20,000 nt of DNA. It comes from an uncultured virus (IMG/VR IMGVR_UViG_3300025109_000006). Its lineage: Duplodnaviria; Heunggongvirae; Uroviricota; Caudoviricetes. Position numbers and translations under genes: made by a program. The stretch lies in IMG/VR virus record IMGVR_UViG_3300025109_000006; one strand, given 5' to 3'. Below the pieces are notes generated by a model that saw nothing but the letters and a program-made list of their open reading frames with translations, was not told the DNA's origin and made no database searches. Below, one piece after another: positions 1 to 9,780 of this stretch; within the stretch, counting starts at the first letter, position 1, and each line of letters begins with the position of its first letter.

Positions 1-2527
1 ACACCCCTCGCTCCCTCGCAGACTTACCTGCTACGGCTGCAGGCCCCTTATCCTGGCCTACTGGTGCTTCCTCTTTCTTCGCCGCTGCTGCTGCCGCTGC
101 GTCTGCCTCTGTTGCTTTCTGGGCTAGATAGGCAGCCATTTCTTGTTCATCTGACAGTTCTCTTCCCGCCGTACTTGGAAGCGCACCCAACGGATTCGGC
201 GAATCATCGGGACGCATCTCATCCGTGGCACCTACTATGGTGATGCTTCTATCAGCTAATCGCTCAGGACCACCGATAGTGGCATCTATGTCCTCGTCTT
301 GGGCACGCTCTACTTGGTTTACCGCGCTCTTAATCGCCTTATCGGAGAACTTATAATTCTGGCCCTCATCGATAGAAGTGAACCAGATTCCAGTAGAACC
401 CTCACCACCCGTAAGAGACACACCCTCAAGATCCGACGGCGGCTCAACCTCATCAACCATACCCAAAGCTTCGTTTGATGTCATAGCCGCATGAGCAGCG
501 CCAAGTGCTTCTGATTGCTCTTTCTCTACATAACGGGGGATCTGCAAAACATCCGTGTTGAGTTTCCCTGCCTTAAGCGCTGCGTCTAAATCCTCACTTG
601 TAAATTGACGCATCGACCCGTTTTCGTTCAAGACAAACACATACTCTCGTTCCATCGGATTCTGCGCAACCAAAGGCACTGGCATGACTTCAGCATCGCT
701 ACGGGCCTTCTCTTCAGCCTCCGAGGAACCAAACTCTGTGTGTACACCCGGAGACGAACCACGAAGTATTTTCGACGCTTCTTCAGGTTTAAGCTCGATC
801 AAATTATCCTTAGAGTCAACTTGAAACACACGACCGTCAGGAGCCGCAAGGTACTGCAGTAGATTACCACTCTCATCCGTTGTCTCAATATAATGGTGTC
901 CCGTGGTGTTGAGTCGATCTTTCTTTGCTTGCTCTAAAGCATCCTGGGTGACGTACTTACCCGTCTCGGCGCTCTTTAGATACTGACCATCCTCGCCACG
1001 AACTAAATCAGCACGTACCATGTCATCGCCACGATCCATCGCGGCCAGAGTGAGTCGGTCGTACATACCCTTGTCACGATCGTAAATCTTCATCGCACGA
1101 CGATCAATACGAGTAACATCTGGTGCGGGTCGCTTCAGATAAATCGCCTGACTCACTTCTCCCGGCTGAATAACGCGTGCGCCTTCGGCAGTAACAACTC
1201 GAATTGACCCCATAGGATCAGCAGCATGGCGACGAAGCCTTGCGCCTGTAACCACTGAGCCATCCTTCATCTCAACCCGAAGAATCTCACCGGAATCAAT
1301 GCGCTTCAGACCGTAGTTACCCGGAGCACGAAGCGATTGTTTGTCCCAAGCAACCAACGCAGCAATATCGTCGCCACCAGGCCTGTACCTTGAGTAGTCA
1401 GGCTTGCCATCCTCATCAATAGGGACATGACCAAGTGCGTCCCAACCATAATCAGCCGCCCAAGCACGAAAGTTAGCGTTCGCAATTCCTTTTGCGATCC
1501 CGTATTCGTCGCCTTTCTCGCCATACATTTTCTTGCTCAAGAAATCCGCGTACTCAATCGCTCGAGCATGTGACTCTTTCCGTGACCGCGCTTCAGCGAT
1601 TCGGTTCTCTAAGTCCGTCCTCAACTCGCCTTCTGGCTGCATGTTGTGGTACAACTGAAAAGTCCCCGCCCGCACAAGCTCATGATCCTGGTGTTGCTGC
1701 AAAAGGCGCTTTGCTTCATCCTCATCCCCAGCACTGCCTGCTTTCATAGCTGCGGCCAAAAGAGCCTCCGACTTTTGATAGTCTTCTGCTCTGCGATGTG
1801 AATGCTCAGCATGCCGCCGATTGGCAGCATTGTAATACTCCAAGTGATACTTAATGTTTTCCCACTCAGGGGCACCTGTTTTACGGTTTTTAACGCCACG
1901 TAGATTATTTTCTGTTGCTTGAATATCAACTTCGCGTGTGTCACGACCGTCTTTGCCCTTCACAAAGATAAAGAGGTCCTTTTGATTTTTGTCATTAATC
2001 TGCGTTATCATGTCCCCGATAGTTTCCCTATACCGAGGATCATCCGTCGCGATTTTTGCCGTCTTGCCGTAACCAGGCGTCAATTCAACCGGTTTGATTA
2101 ATTCAAAGACGGAGACGACTGGGTCAGCTTGCCCCACGCTAGTATTCAGAACTCGCGTCACTTCTGTCGATAGTTTAGCGTCTGCAGAGCTAACTTTCTC
2201 GTTGTACTTAGAATCACTCGCGAGTCGTTGCTTCAGAATCGTTGTGTGGCTAGCTATTCTTGCGCGATAATCCTGCCCCGCAATATTAGCCATTGCCACT
2301 GCATAATCTCTGTTGGCTTTGTAGTACCCAAGGGTTTCCTTACCAATGGCAATCGAACGCTTGTCGGCCTCAGTCGCTACACCACGCTCCAGTTTTTCTA
2401 TGAGCCCAAGAACTTTGTAGTACGTGGTCGCAATATCCTTCGTCTCCCACCCATCGGCGGATTTTGCTGCGTCACGCCTACCTGCTAGTCCAAGTATCGC
2501 TGCCCGTTCTGTTGCGTATTCTGCCAT
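1..2527 (-). CDS. Large putative internal virion / DNA-ejection protein, 3'-truncated (>=842 aa)
   Basis: Not in the ORF track because it has no stop inside the window. Manual translation from ATG at 2527 (MAEYATERAAILGLAGRRDAAKSADGWETKDIATTYYK...) stays open to the window edge (...AAAAAAKKEEAPVGQDKGPAAVAGKSARERGV). Purine-rich AGGAAGAG lies upstream. The function is inferred from its position after the tail genes and a small ejection-like gene. Confidence 0.75.
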   Translation of the reverse strand, partial: MAEYATERAAILGLAGRRDAAKSADGWETKDIATTYYKVLGLIEKLERGVATEADKRSIAIGKETLGYYKANRDYAVAMANIAGQDYRARIASHTTILKQRLASDSKYNEKVSSADAKLSTEVTRVLNTSVGQADPVVSVFELIKPVELTPGYGKTAKIATDDPRYRETIGDMITQINDKNQKDLFIFVKGKDGRDTREVDIQATENNLRGVKNRKTGAPEWENIKYHLEYYNAANRRHAEHSHRRAEDYQKSEALLAAAMKAGSAGDEDEAKRLLQQHQDHELVRAGTFQLYHNMQPEGELRTDLENRIAEARSRKESHARAIEYADFLSKKMYGEKGDEYGIAKGIANANFRAWAADYGWDALGHVPIDEDGKPDYSRYRPGGDDIAALVAWDKQSLRAPGNYGLKRIDSGEILRVEMKDGSVVTGARLRRHAADPMGSIRVVTAEGARVIQPGEVSQAIYLKRPAPDVTRIDRRAMKIYDRDKGMYDRLTLAAMDRGDDMVRADLVRGEDGQYLKSAETGKYVTQDALEQAKKDRLNTTGHHYIETTDESGNLLQYLAAPDGRVFQVDSKDNLIELKPEEASKILRGSSPGVHTEFGSSEAEEKARSDAEVMPVPLVAQNPMEREYVFVLNENGSMRQFTSEDLDAALKAGKLNTDVLQIPRYVEKEQSEALGAAHAAMTSNEALGMVDEVEPPSDLEGVSLTGGEGSTGIWFTSIDEGQNYKFSDKAIKSAVNQVERAQDEDIDATIGGPERLADRSITIVGATDEMRPDDSPNPLGALPSTAGRELSDEQEMAAYLAQKATEADAAAAAAAKKEEAPVGQDKGPAAVAGKSARERGV

Positions 2528-2539
2528 TTTAATCTCTTC

Positions 2540-3307
2540 CTAAAGTTGTGGGCCACCGGGTGGTACAGCGGTTCCTACGGTGGGGAACTTTTTGTACACA
2601 CCCCCGGCTCTAGCCGCGTCACCACCCGAGAACGCGCCTGCAGAATGAAGATCGGCACCCATGCCAACACCCGCCATTACACCCTCGGCACCACCCTCCC
2701 ACTGCGCTGTGGTAGCCGCAGCTTGACCTTGGAGCATCGACATCTTCTGTGCCGCAGCATCACTGACTTTACCTTCAGCCGCAGCTATCTGTTGAGCCGC
2801 CTGTGCATCCGAGGCTCTCTCTATGTCTCCGCTCTGCTGACCTATAAAGCCTGCCCGCCTGTCTGCGAGTATCTTGAGGTTCTCTTGGCTGGTAGGACCA
2901 CCAAAGGGATTCGCCGCTGCAGCCTGCTTAATATTCGCCTCAGTGCTTTTATTTGCCGCATCAAGTGTTTGAAGGCCTGCCAGTTTCGCTGCATTTTTTT
3001 CTGCCGTGGATTTACCAAACGCACCACGATCTAGGTCCTCACGAGCCTCCTCACCTATCTTGGCTTGTGCTTTACCCTCGGCGCTCGCCTTGTACTTTTT
3101 TAGCGCTCGGCTACTTTGCACACCCTTGATGATTTTTGGTAGCCCCTTCGCAGCAGCGTAAGTCGCACCAAGAATAGCTAAAGTAACTGGCTCAATTGCG
3201 TACGAAATATCAGGGGAAACTTCGCCACGAAAGATAAAGCAAACAACCAACGAAACGAGATACGCAGCTAATTGGAGGGGCGATAATTTCGGTACCAAAA
3301 GATTCAT
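2540..3307 (-). CDS. Putative small internal virion/ejection protein (T7 gp14 / P22 gp7-like composition) with N-terminal hydrophobic leader, 255 aa
   Basis: SD GGGAG 6 nt before ATG. Ala/Gln/Gly-rich helical body, EPVTLAILGA segment and Gly-rich hydrophobic C-terminus (GGAEGVMAGVGMGA). Lies after the tail genes. Confidence 0.6.
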   Translation of the reverse strand: MNLLVPKLSPLQLAAYLVSLVVCFIFRGEVSPDISYAIEPVTLAILGATYAAAKGLPKIIKGVQSSRALKKYKASAEGKAQAKIGEEAREDLDRGAFGKSTAEKNAAKLAGLQTLDAANKSTEANIKQAAAANPFGGPTSQENLKILADRRAGFIGQQSGDIERASDAQAAQQIAAAEGKVSDAAAQKMSMLQGQAAATTAQWEGGAEGVMAGVGMGADLHSAGAFSGGDAARAGGVYKKFPTVGTAVPPGGPQL

Positions 3308-3336
3308 TGATTTCTCCCGCTAAGTATAGCGCACCA

Positions 3337-4320
3337 CTATAGAAAAGACACCACACGGCTATTGCGAATACCGAGACAAAGTTTAGGCGTCAAATTGAAG
3401 TAACCTCTCGCCCGAACATTTTTCGCTCGTGAACGGTTACCCATATTCTGGACAAAAACTGGGGCCGTACCACTTGTATTAAGGAAATACGCCTCCAAAG
3501 ATATCTCATGAAACCCCTTAGAAAGAGAGGTTAAATGGTGCATACTAAACGGAACGGCTGAGTGTGCCTCACCCCATACATATTTCGGGTTGCCGCCTTT
3601 AGTTGGGTACTCAGTTTTTGTGTACGTGGGATATGCAGTCGCGCCATACCCATAAGTTCGAAGCCCTGGACCTTTATGCTCCTCATTGGGTTTCGCCCCT
3701 GGAGCTACTGGGTGAAACATATTCTCACCTAAATAACGGCTTGAGTTATTGATAGGCTCGCCGTCAAGAACGCCGCGAATCGCCATGAAGGTCCGCTCAA
3801 CATTTTCGGTTCTGAGGTCCCACTCTCGCCCGTCTTCGTCATTACTAACACCATGAGCCTTGCCATTACCGTCGACGAACCGACCCATCCAATTGTTATG
3901 ACTCATAAAAACGCTCCACTCAAGAAGTGCGACCGTCGCGTCATAAGGCTGATACCAGCGAACTGACGTGCCTGCCAAATTGACCCACTTCGTGTCAGTC
4001 TCGTCACCTCTTAGTCCACCGACAGTCGAACCATAAACTGCTCCTGTGTCTCGGACAGCGCCCATCCGCGCCAATGCAGCCTGCTCAGGCATGATATGAC
4101 GCTGAGAAAATCGAAACGAGTAGTCACCAAGATTAACCGCGTCTAACTGACCGTTAATCGTCGACATTATGCCACGAGGCGCACCTGAAAAAGTAATGCC
4201 CGACTGCTCCGGTTGATGGAGCCGCTTAGTGTAATTGTCGTTAATCGAGGTAAATTTACTCGATGAAAGCAACGGCTCCGCAGAACCAACCGACATCCCA
4301 GGTAAGGTAATGTATGGCAT
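3337..4320 (-). CDS. Putative tail/receptor-binding module protein (327 aa), paralogous to both halves of the upstream 806-aa protein
   Basis: Start re-assigned from 4578 to ATG at 4320 (MPYITLPGM...), 1 nt after the upstream TAA; the track's longer start overlaps the upstream gene by ~260 nt. Shares motifs INGQLDAVNL, AIRGVLDGEPI and GFHEISLEA with the upstream protein. Confidence 0.65.
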   Translation of the reverse strand: MPYITLPGMSVGSAEPLLSSSKFTSINDNYTKRLHQPEQSGITFSGAPRGIMSTINGQLDAVNLGDYSFRFSQRHIMPEQAALARMGAVRDTGAVYGSTVGGLRGDETDTKWVNLAGTSVRWYQPYDATVALLEWSVFMSHNNWMGRFVDGNGKAHGVSNDEDGREWDLRTENVERTFMAIRGVLDGEPINNSSRYLGENMFHPVAPGAKPNEEHKGPGLRTYGYGATAYPTYTKTEYPTKGGNPKYVWGEAHSAVPFSMHHLTSLSKGFHEISLEAYFLNTSGTAPVFVQNMGNRSRAKNVRARGYFNLTPKLCLGIRNSRVVSFL

Positions 4321-4321
4321 A

Positions 4322-6742
4322 TTACACCTTAAATTTAATAGCAGAAAGTCGTACGCGGCCAATGTGCGCAGACATACCATCGATAATACCACGGCCACCA
4401 ACAGTGGATGCCCACTCGTACGCAACATCCTGCGATGTGTCCTCATGACCACCAAACGTTTTAGGATGACGGGGTGGATCGCTAAGCCACTGCTTAGTCG
4501 CCTCTGCGTTATCCCACACACTCGGAAAGTTCGTGGAGCCAAATAGCGCGATCTCAGAAATCTCAACCGTGTCTTCAATCATCAAAGTCAGCGGAACATT
4601 AATACACAAATTAGACGTTAACGTATTACCGCCACGTCTATCGCGCTTACGTGCAGGTTTTTCAGTCGAACTCGTCGCAGTCCATTCGAATCCTCCATCA
4701 GTCGAGGTCGATTTAATCCTGTAGTTTACACCAACCTGAAACTCCGGGATGTAATGCTCCGTTCGGTTGTGCCAGTTGAAACTGTTAATTGCCGCAGGAG
4801 CAAACTTAGAATTGATAATCCAGTTGTCACTTGCATCTGATCCAGTACGATAACCAATGTTAAAAAACGCGAAGAAATCTAAGTACTTATGTGGCTGACA
4901 AAAGGATCGATATGCCATAGTTTCATAGTTACCAGTATGCGCAAGAACGTCATAATATATTTTCGCCAAATCAGGGTCGATATTAAGTAGCTCAATCTCT
5001 GCCATGACAAGCAGCTTTGTCTTACCCGACTCAATATGCCACGTATCTGTAGTACTAACTATGCTACCTGAACCGTCAGCATCAACAATCTTATTCCACC
5101 CCGCGCCATTCCAAGCACTTGTGCCGGGTGAACTGCCGCTACCATCATAAGGTCGATTCCAACCACCGATAGTCACTTCGTTTCGATACGGAGCAACCTC
5201 TGACGCATTTCGATCACCAGGGTAAATCGCACGAATTATACCGCCATCAGGAGAACCTAAAAACTGACCTGTGTATGAATCCCGCCTAGACGCATCACGT
5301 AGATCAAGTGACCGTGTCCCCCACGCAGCTATCTTACTCGGTAAGTGTGTGTTCGGTATTGAATAGGGTTTGATATCGCGTGGAGACAACTCATTGCATC
5401 GAGTACGAAATTTCTCCAATGAGGATAAAATAAGATTCGCATCGACCACACCCTCAGTTTGAAACTGTGGGGCCGAAACAGGAAGTTCGCCGCGTGGATG
5501 AACTGTAACAGTCTCGTCGCTATCCTTCGCCGTCAACGGCAATGACATCGCATAAATACGACGACTAAATACACCGATAAAATCACCGGGGCTAAAGTTG
5601 TGTTTCTTTCTCTGGACTCGACGGGCCACAATCTCAATTCTGTGCGTCCCAGGTAAAACAGGAACAACACAACCTAAGCGTACAGGCAACACTTCAGGGC
5701 CACAAGCAGCCGCCCGACTAGTGCGAATCTTACGTCCAGGTCGAGAATGCCTGCCCGTCCTATAGCTCATAGACTTCGCAGAACTACGCTGACCAAAGAT
5801 AAAGTCCTCATCATCTGCGCCGTGCATCCTCGGGCTATCAGCAATTTTTAGTCCGTGAGCCGATTCCTCGAAAGAATACTTTTTGCCTACAATACTTTCG
5901 TCAATGACTTTCCCATCAACACGAATCGCAAACTGGACTAACGCCGGGTAAAACCCCTTGGATATATGATGATAGCCACCTATATTTGGGTGCCTTCGCT
6001 CATTTGTCGCACTAATCTCATTCAATGGATACGAGTAAGGTTCGTCTACCTCGCCGTAACCATCAACGGCTGCCGAGGATCTGTAAACTGTGCGGCCATC
6101 TTCCGGCCCCAGCTTATTGAGCATTCTATGCTCTTTCCAAGCAACGTCGAGGTCGTAGTGTGGGCCCCAACCACCATCGGTATGAACGTCACTACTCGTA
6201 CCGAAGAATTGCCAGGGATTTCTATTCTCGAAAAAGCCCTGCCAACAATACTGAAGATAGCAATTGATCCATATATTTGCCCTACCTGTCGTAACAGAGA
6301 CATTCAGTCCATCACTTAGGTCGACATTTTTAACCACCGACCATTCACCTGTGTTTGGAATAATCGAAGGAACACCCTCAGTAATTTCGCCCGCAAGTGA
6401 CGAGTCATAAATGTCTTGGTCCCGAAAGGTAATTCCATCAGTTTTAACAAAATTCGGTGCGGTTCTTTCACGTAAAATCTCTGGATGCCGATTCATTCGG
6501 ACCCAAGACTCCACCGAAGCAGTCTCAAATTGATAGTACGCCTCATCATCTACTGCAGGGTCATCTACCTCACCGTCATATTGACTCGCGTTTACATCTG
6601 ACTTTAACTTTGTAGCGTTAAAATTCTGACCATCCAGCCGACCAGATAGAACCTCTTGTACCGGTTGGTAGTCTTGAGCCATTTCAAGCGGGTCAAGAAT
6701 ATCTCGCGTACGCAAAAACCGCTTAGGAAAGATAAATGGCAT
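4322..6742 (-). CDS. Putative tail protein, 806 aa, two tandem related modules
   Basis: Long ORF coupled to the nozzle gene by a TAATG overlap at 6742. Beta-rich, aromatic-rich composition; N-terminal LSGRLDGQNFN motif; position after the nozzle. Confidence 0.65.
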   Translation of the reverse strand: MPFIFPKRFLRTRDILDPLEMAQDYQPVQEVLSGRLDGQNFNATKLKSDVNASQYDGEVDDPAVDDEAYYQFETASVESWVRMNRHPEILRERTAPNFVKTDGITFRDQDIYDSSLAGEITEGVPSIIPNTGEWSVVKNVDLSDGLNVSVTTGRANIWINCYLQYCWQGFFENRNPWQFFGTSSDVHTDGGWGPHYDLDVAWKEHRMLNKLGPEDGRTVYRSSAAVDGYGEVDEPYSYPLNEISATNERRHPNIGGYHHISKGFYPALVQFAIRVDGKVIDESIVGKKYSFEESAHGLKIADSPRMHGADDEDFIFGQRSSAKSMSYRTGRHSRPGRKIRTSRAAACGPEVLPVRLGCVVPVLPGTHRIEIVARRVQRKKHNFSPGDFIGVFSRRIYAMSLPLTAKDSDETVTVHPRGELPVSAPQFQTEGVVDANLILSSLEKFRTRCNELSPRDIKPYSIPNTHLPSKIAAWGTRSLDLRDASRRDSYTGQFLGSPDGGIIRAIYPGDRNASEVAPYRNEVTIGGWNRPYDGSGSSPGTSAWNGAGWNKIVDADGSGSIVSTTDTWHIESGKTKLLVMAEIELLNIDPDLAKIYYDVLAHTGNYETMAYRSFCQPHKYLDFFAFFNIGYRTGSDASDNWIINSKFAPAAINSFNWHNRTEHYIPEFQVGVNYRIKSTSTDGGFEWTATSSTEKPARKRDRRGGNTLTSNLCINVPLTLMIEDTVEISEIALFGSTNFPSVWDNAEATKQWLSDPPRHPKTFGGHEDTSQDVAYEWASTVGGRGIIDGMSAHIGRVRLSAIKFKV

Positions 6743-9213
6743 TACTGATCTTTCCTATCGGGTACTCGGCCCAGAGGTGAGCCTTGTGTTGCGATACTCG
6801 TATCAAACGCAAACGCGGCAATTCGTAGTCGACCTAACTCATAATTATCCCGCGAGGAAAGAACACGATCTTTTGCCTCAGACGCTTCTACCGGATCATT
6901 GAAAAGACGCTTAAATTCTTTCAAGCTACGAAGGGCTAAGTTTGACCCTGTCGCAATGTCAGTATTATACGGATCGATTGAATCAAAGTTATCTATCCCA
7001 CTCGCGCTACCAAAATTCGGGTCGAACTTAGTCTCTGTTGGGCCAGGAAACCCGATAAGCTCAATCTCAAAAGCCCAAGAACTAACGTTATGTAAGTCTA
7101 CTGGTACCTGACGCCAAAAAAGTCTCGGAGCATGCAGCTTAGATTCACCAAACTTAGCCGACCCAGCCACATCCTTGACCATATCAGACCCGTCATCAAC
7201 ACCAACAAGACGGAGATCCTGCATCTCTTGCACAGGTTTCCACGAATTGTTTTTGAACACACGAACAGTTGCATAACCATCCCACGCATCCTTCAAACCA
7301 ACATAAAGACTACGAACATTGAGAGGAACCAATCCCCCCTCCGCCGAAACCATCCAACCCGAACGGTACCGAATACGCCTTGCAGGAGCGAAGTAATCGG
7401 TCGTTTGCCGGTTTAAAAGAAACACACGACTAAGGCTAAAGCTATCCAAGTCACTCGGGGGTGCGCCAGAAAGCCCGTATTGAACCTCGATCCGTTGCTC
7501 TCTCGGATCAGCACCAATTGCATACGTATGACGACGCCAATCATTAGATGATGTCATATCCGCAATGTGAATACCTAATGTTTGCCGCCGCCAATATTTA
7601 CCGTCAAAGCAAAACATCAACTCGTTATTCTCAGTTCCTGCGGGAGCTAAAGCACACCGATACTCACCCGAATCACTGTCGATTGAGGCAACCGCCATAT
7701 TCGCACGAGACAAATTCACATCAAGCTTAAAGGCCGAATCAATCGGAGCGCTCATTCGTACAATGTCGCCCAGTTGCTTCATGCCGTAAAAGCCGTCACG
7801 ACCCAACCAAAATAGTGTGCCGTCCGCCCGCGCAGCAATGGAGCGGGGCGCAATGCAACCAACACCGAGAGACAACGGTTGTGGTGATGAGAAGTCTTCA
7901 GCAATTGCATACGTGGCGCTTTTTGTGAAGGCTAAGAGAACACCGTTGTGAGAGACGAGTCCTGTGATTTCTGCGCCACCGGCATCGGGATAGATGAAGT
8001 CTTGCTTCGGGAATGTGCCAGGAAACCCAGGATCCGAGCGACGAACAATCCCAGGGTCTGCAGGAGTGTTGCCAATGATTAAGCGGCCCTGGTGACTACA
8101 AGCAGTCCGAAAAATGGGGACGGGCTCAATCTCAGACCAAGTAGTGCCTAAGTCAGAGTCTGAGTTGTTGTCGTCGTAAATGAATGACTTTGAGCCAGGG
8201 ATGCGGGACAAGAAGCGGGGAGTATTGTCGACATGAAGTGTGTCGGGTGTACGGAAAATTCGAACCGCCGCTGTGTGCTCGGGGGCGTCAACGTTTACCG
8301 ACACCAGAAAGCGTCGTGTGAGATCGTCAATTTCAGTCCCGTCTTTTACCTGGACTCTTTTACCCTCACTTGCTTTGTCGACTGACCCATAGGTATGCTT
8401 GTCACCGTCAATCGATTCGAATGGTTGGGCCTGACTTGCTTTAATCGATGCCGGTTCACTCACGGTCGAGAACGCCGAAAGATTGCCGAACAAGTCTTCA
8501 AATTGAATGTGGTAGTACCACTGACCAGAAAGGAGTGACCCTAAACGGCCCGCATACAAGTCACCTGGAGTACCGATTCTACCGGGCCAAGAGTAGCCAA
8601 GAGCATTTGGGTAATATTGGGGTACGTCGTCAAAGTCGGGTTGAGTGGGGCCAGAGATTAGTGGCGTCGAAGGCGACTTATCAAACCCAAGGTTGAACAC
8701 TGACCCATCATAATTAATGATCCGCGCCCGATCCTCGCCGTTAGTCCAAACGATTTTGTCGTTGATTACAACATACTGGTCAGGAAACTTGGGGTTTGCC
8801 TCAGATGTTAACCCAGTCGCCAATGTCTCGAATGGGCGATCTACCCCGCCAGTGAACCGATAAAGCCAACTACCTGCGCGGTAGAGCAACATATTGGCGG
8901 AACCATTGAGAAGTGACGCCGCGAAAATACTGTGTGGCCGACGAGCCACCCAACCAAACTGGGTGTACTCTTTCGGGATCGCCACCTTCGTGCTCTCTGA
9001 GGTCTCACCATCGTATTCAAATTTTGAATTAAGTAACGATGCTGACTCACCAATGCGTAGAATTGAGGGTCCTACAACGCTCTTTAAGACATCCTCCGCC
9101 TCAGTCTCGAGATTCTCAATATACCAAGCAAGGGTCACAGGAGAATAAAGCCTGCGACCCTCACCCGGAGGAATGATAATCGTATTTACTGTCTGCCGAG
9201 CCGGTCCTGACAC
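6742..9213 (-). CDS. Tail nozzle / stabilisation protein (P22 gp10 / T7 gp12 tail tubular B-like), 823 aa
   Basis: GTG start with GAGGG SD. Beta-propeller-like motifs ACSHQGRLIIG, ITGLVSHNGVLLAFTKSATYAI and GVGCIAPRSIA...LFWLGRDGFY. Size and position after the adaptor fit. Confidence 0.75.
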   Translation of the reverse strand: MSGPARQTVNTIIIPPGEGRRLYSPVTLAWYIENLETEAEDVLKSVVGPSILRIGESASLLNSKFEYDGETSESTKVAIPKEYTQFGWVARRPHSIFAASLLNGSANMLLYRAGSWLYRFTGGVDRPFETLATGLTSEANPKFPDQYVVINDKIVWTNGEDRARIINYDGSVFNLGFDKSPSTPLISGPTQPDFDDVPQYYPNALGYSWPGRIGTPGDLYAGRLGSLLSGQWYYHIQFEDLFGNLSAFSTVSEPASIKASQAQPFESIDGDKHTYGSVDKASEGKRVQVKDGTEIDDLTRRFLVSVNVDAPEHTAAVRIFRTPDTLHVDNTPRFLSRIPGSKSFIYDDNNSDSDLGTTWSEIEPVPIFRTACSHQGRLIIGNTPADPGIVRRSDPGFPGTFPKQDFIYPDAGGAEITGLVSHNGVLLAFTKSATYAIAEDFSSPQPLSLGVGCIAPRSIAARADGTLFWLGRDGFYGMKQLGDIVRMSAPIDSAFKLDVNLSRANMAVASIDSDSGEYRCALAPAGTENNELMFCFDGKYWRRQTLGIHIADMTSSNDWRRHTYAIGADPREQRIEVQYGLSGAPPSDLDSFSLSRVFLLNRQTTDYFAPARRIRYRSGWMVSAEGGLVPLNVRSLYVGLKDAWDGYATVRVFKNNSWKPVQEMQDLRLVGVDDGSDMVKDVAGSAKFGESKLHAPRLFWRQVPVDLHNVSSWAFEIELIGFPGPTETKFDPNFGSASGIDNFDSIDPYNTDIATGSNLALRSLKEFKRLFNDPVEASEAKDRVLSSRDNYELGRLRIAAFAFDTSIATQGSPLGRVPDRKDQ

Positions 9214-9227
9214 GCTACACCCTCAAG

Positions 9228-9734
9228 CTACATTGTGATTTCGTAACTCTTTTGCTTCCATGACTTCGAAAGCTTTTCTTTCACTGCCGGATTGCCCTTC
9301 AGTGCGGGCATCGATTTTAGTACACGAGACTGCCACGACATGAATCGCTCACCATCCCACGGGGTCGGCACGACAAACACGTTACTGGCGGCTTCAGCGG
9401 CTGCTTTAACAGGATCTTCAATCTTCGCGTTCTTCGAGTCATCGCGAAGCAAAGACTTCGGCGGAATCCAACCAGTCTGACCCTTGTCGTAGGTCCAACC
9501 AACAGGCATCCAATCATGAGTGGTACGATGCTCCACATAACCTGTGACGTACTCGACCCCGTTCTTGGTCATCAATGTACCTGACCAATCCTCAGAATCA
9601 ACCGACGCACTTAGAATGCTCACAACCATCGCTTCCTCATACTGACCGATTAAGTTCGTGCGATACACACGATCACCTACGTTCAAGCGCGGGATTGCTG
9701 TGAGTGTGGAGTAAAATTTCTTGACTTCAGACAT
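9228..9734 (-). CDS. Hypothetical protein, 168 aa (N-terminal SH3-like LNVGDRVY segment)
   Basis: GAGGT SD before ATG; fills the gap between adaptor and nozzle on the coding strand. Confidence 0.7.
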   Translation of the reverse strand: MSEVKKFYSTLTAIPRLNVGDRVYRTNLIGQYEEAMVVSILSASVDSEDWSGTLMTKNGVEYVTGYVEHRTTHDWMPVGWTYDKGQTGWIPPKSLLRDDSKNAKIEDPVKAAAEAASNVFVVPTPWDGERFMSWQSRVLKSMPALKGNPAVKEKLSKSWKQKSYEITM

Positions 9735-9780
9735 AGACTACCTCTGTTGTTGTTCCTCCCGGAATGGGAGCCAAACCAAA

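Noticed and set aside
605..2488. Short ORFs on both strands in the left 2.5 kb
   Set aside because: Shadows of the long minus-strand ORF 2527 to <1; no independent support.
2546..3034. 162-aa + strand ORF and other antisense ORFs within structural genes
   Set aside because: Fully nested opposite well-supported genes, with no recognisable motifs.
4321..4578. Track's 413-aa version of the 3337 ORF
   Set aside because: The first 86 codons overlap the 806-aa gene in another frame; the ATG at 4320 directly after its stop is the better start.
9756..9770. Hairpin CTCCC-N5-GGGAG between the adaptor and the 168-aa gene
   Set aside because: Only 5 bp with no U-tract on the coding strand; not supportable as a terminator.
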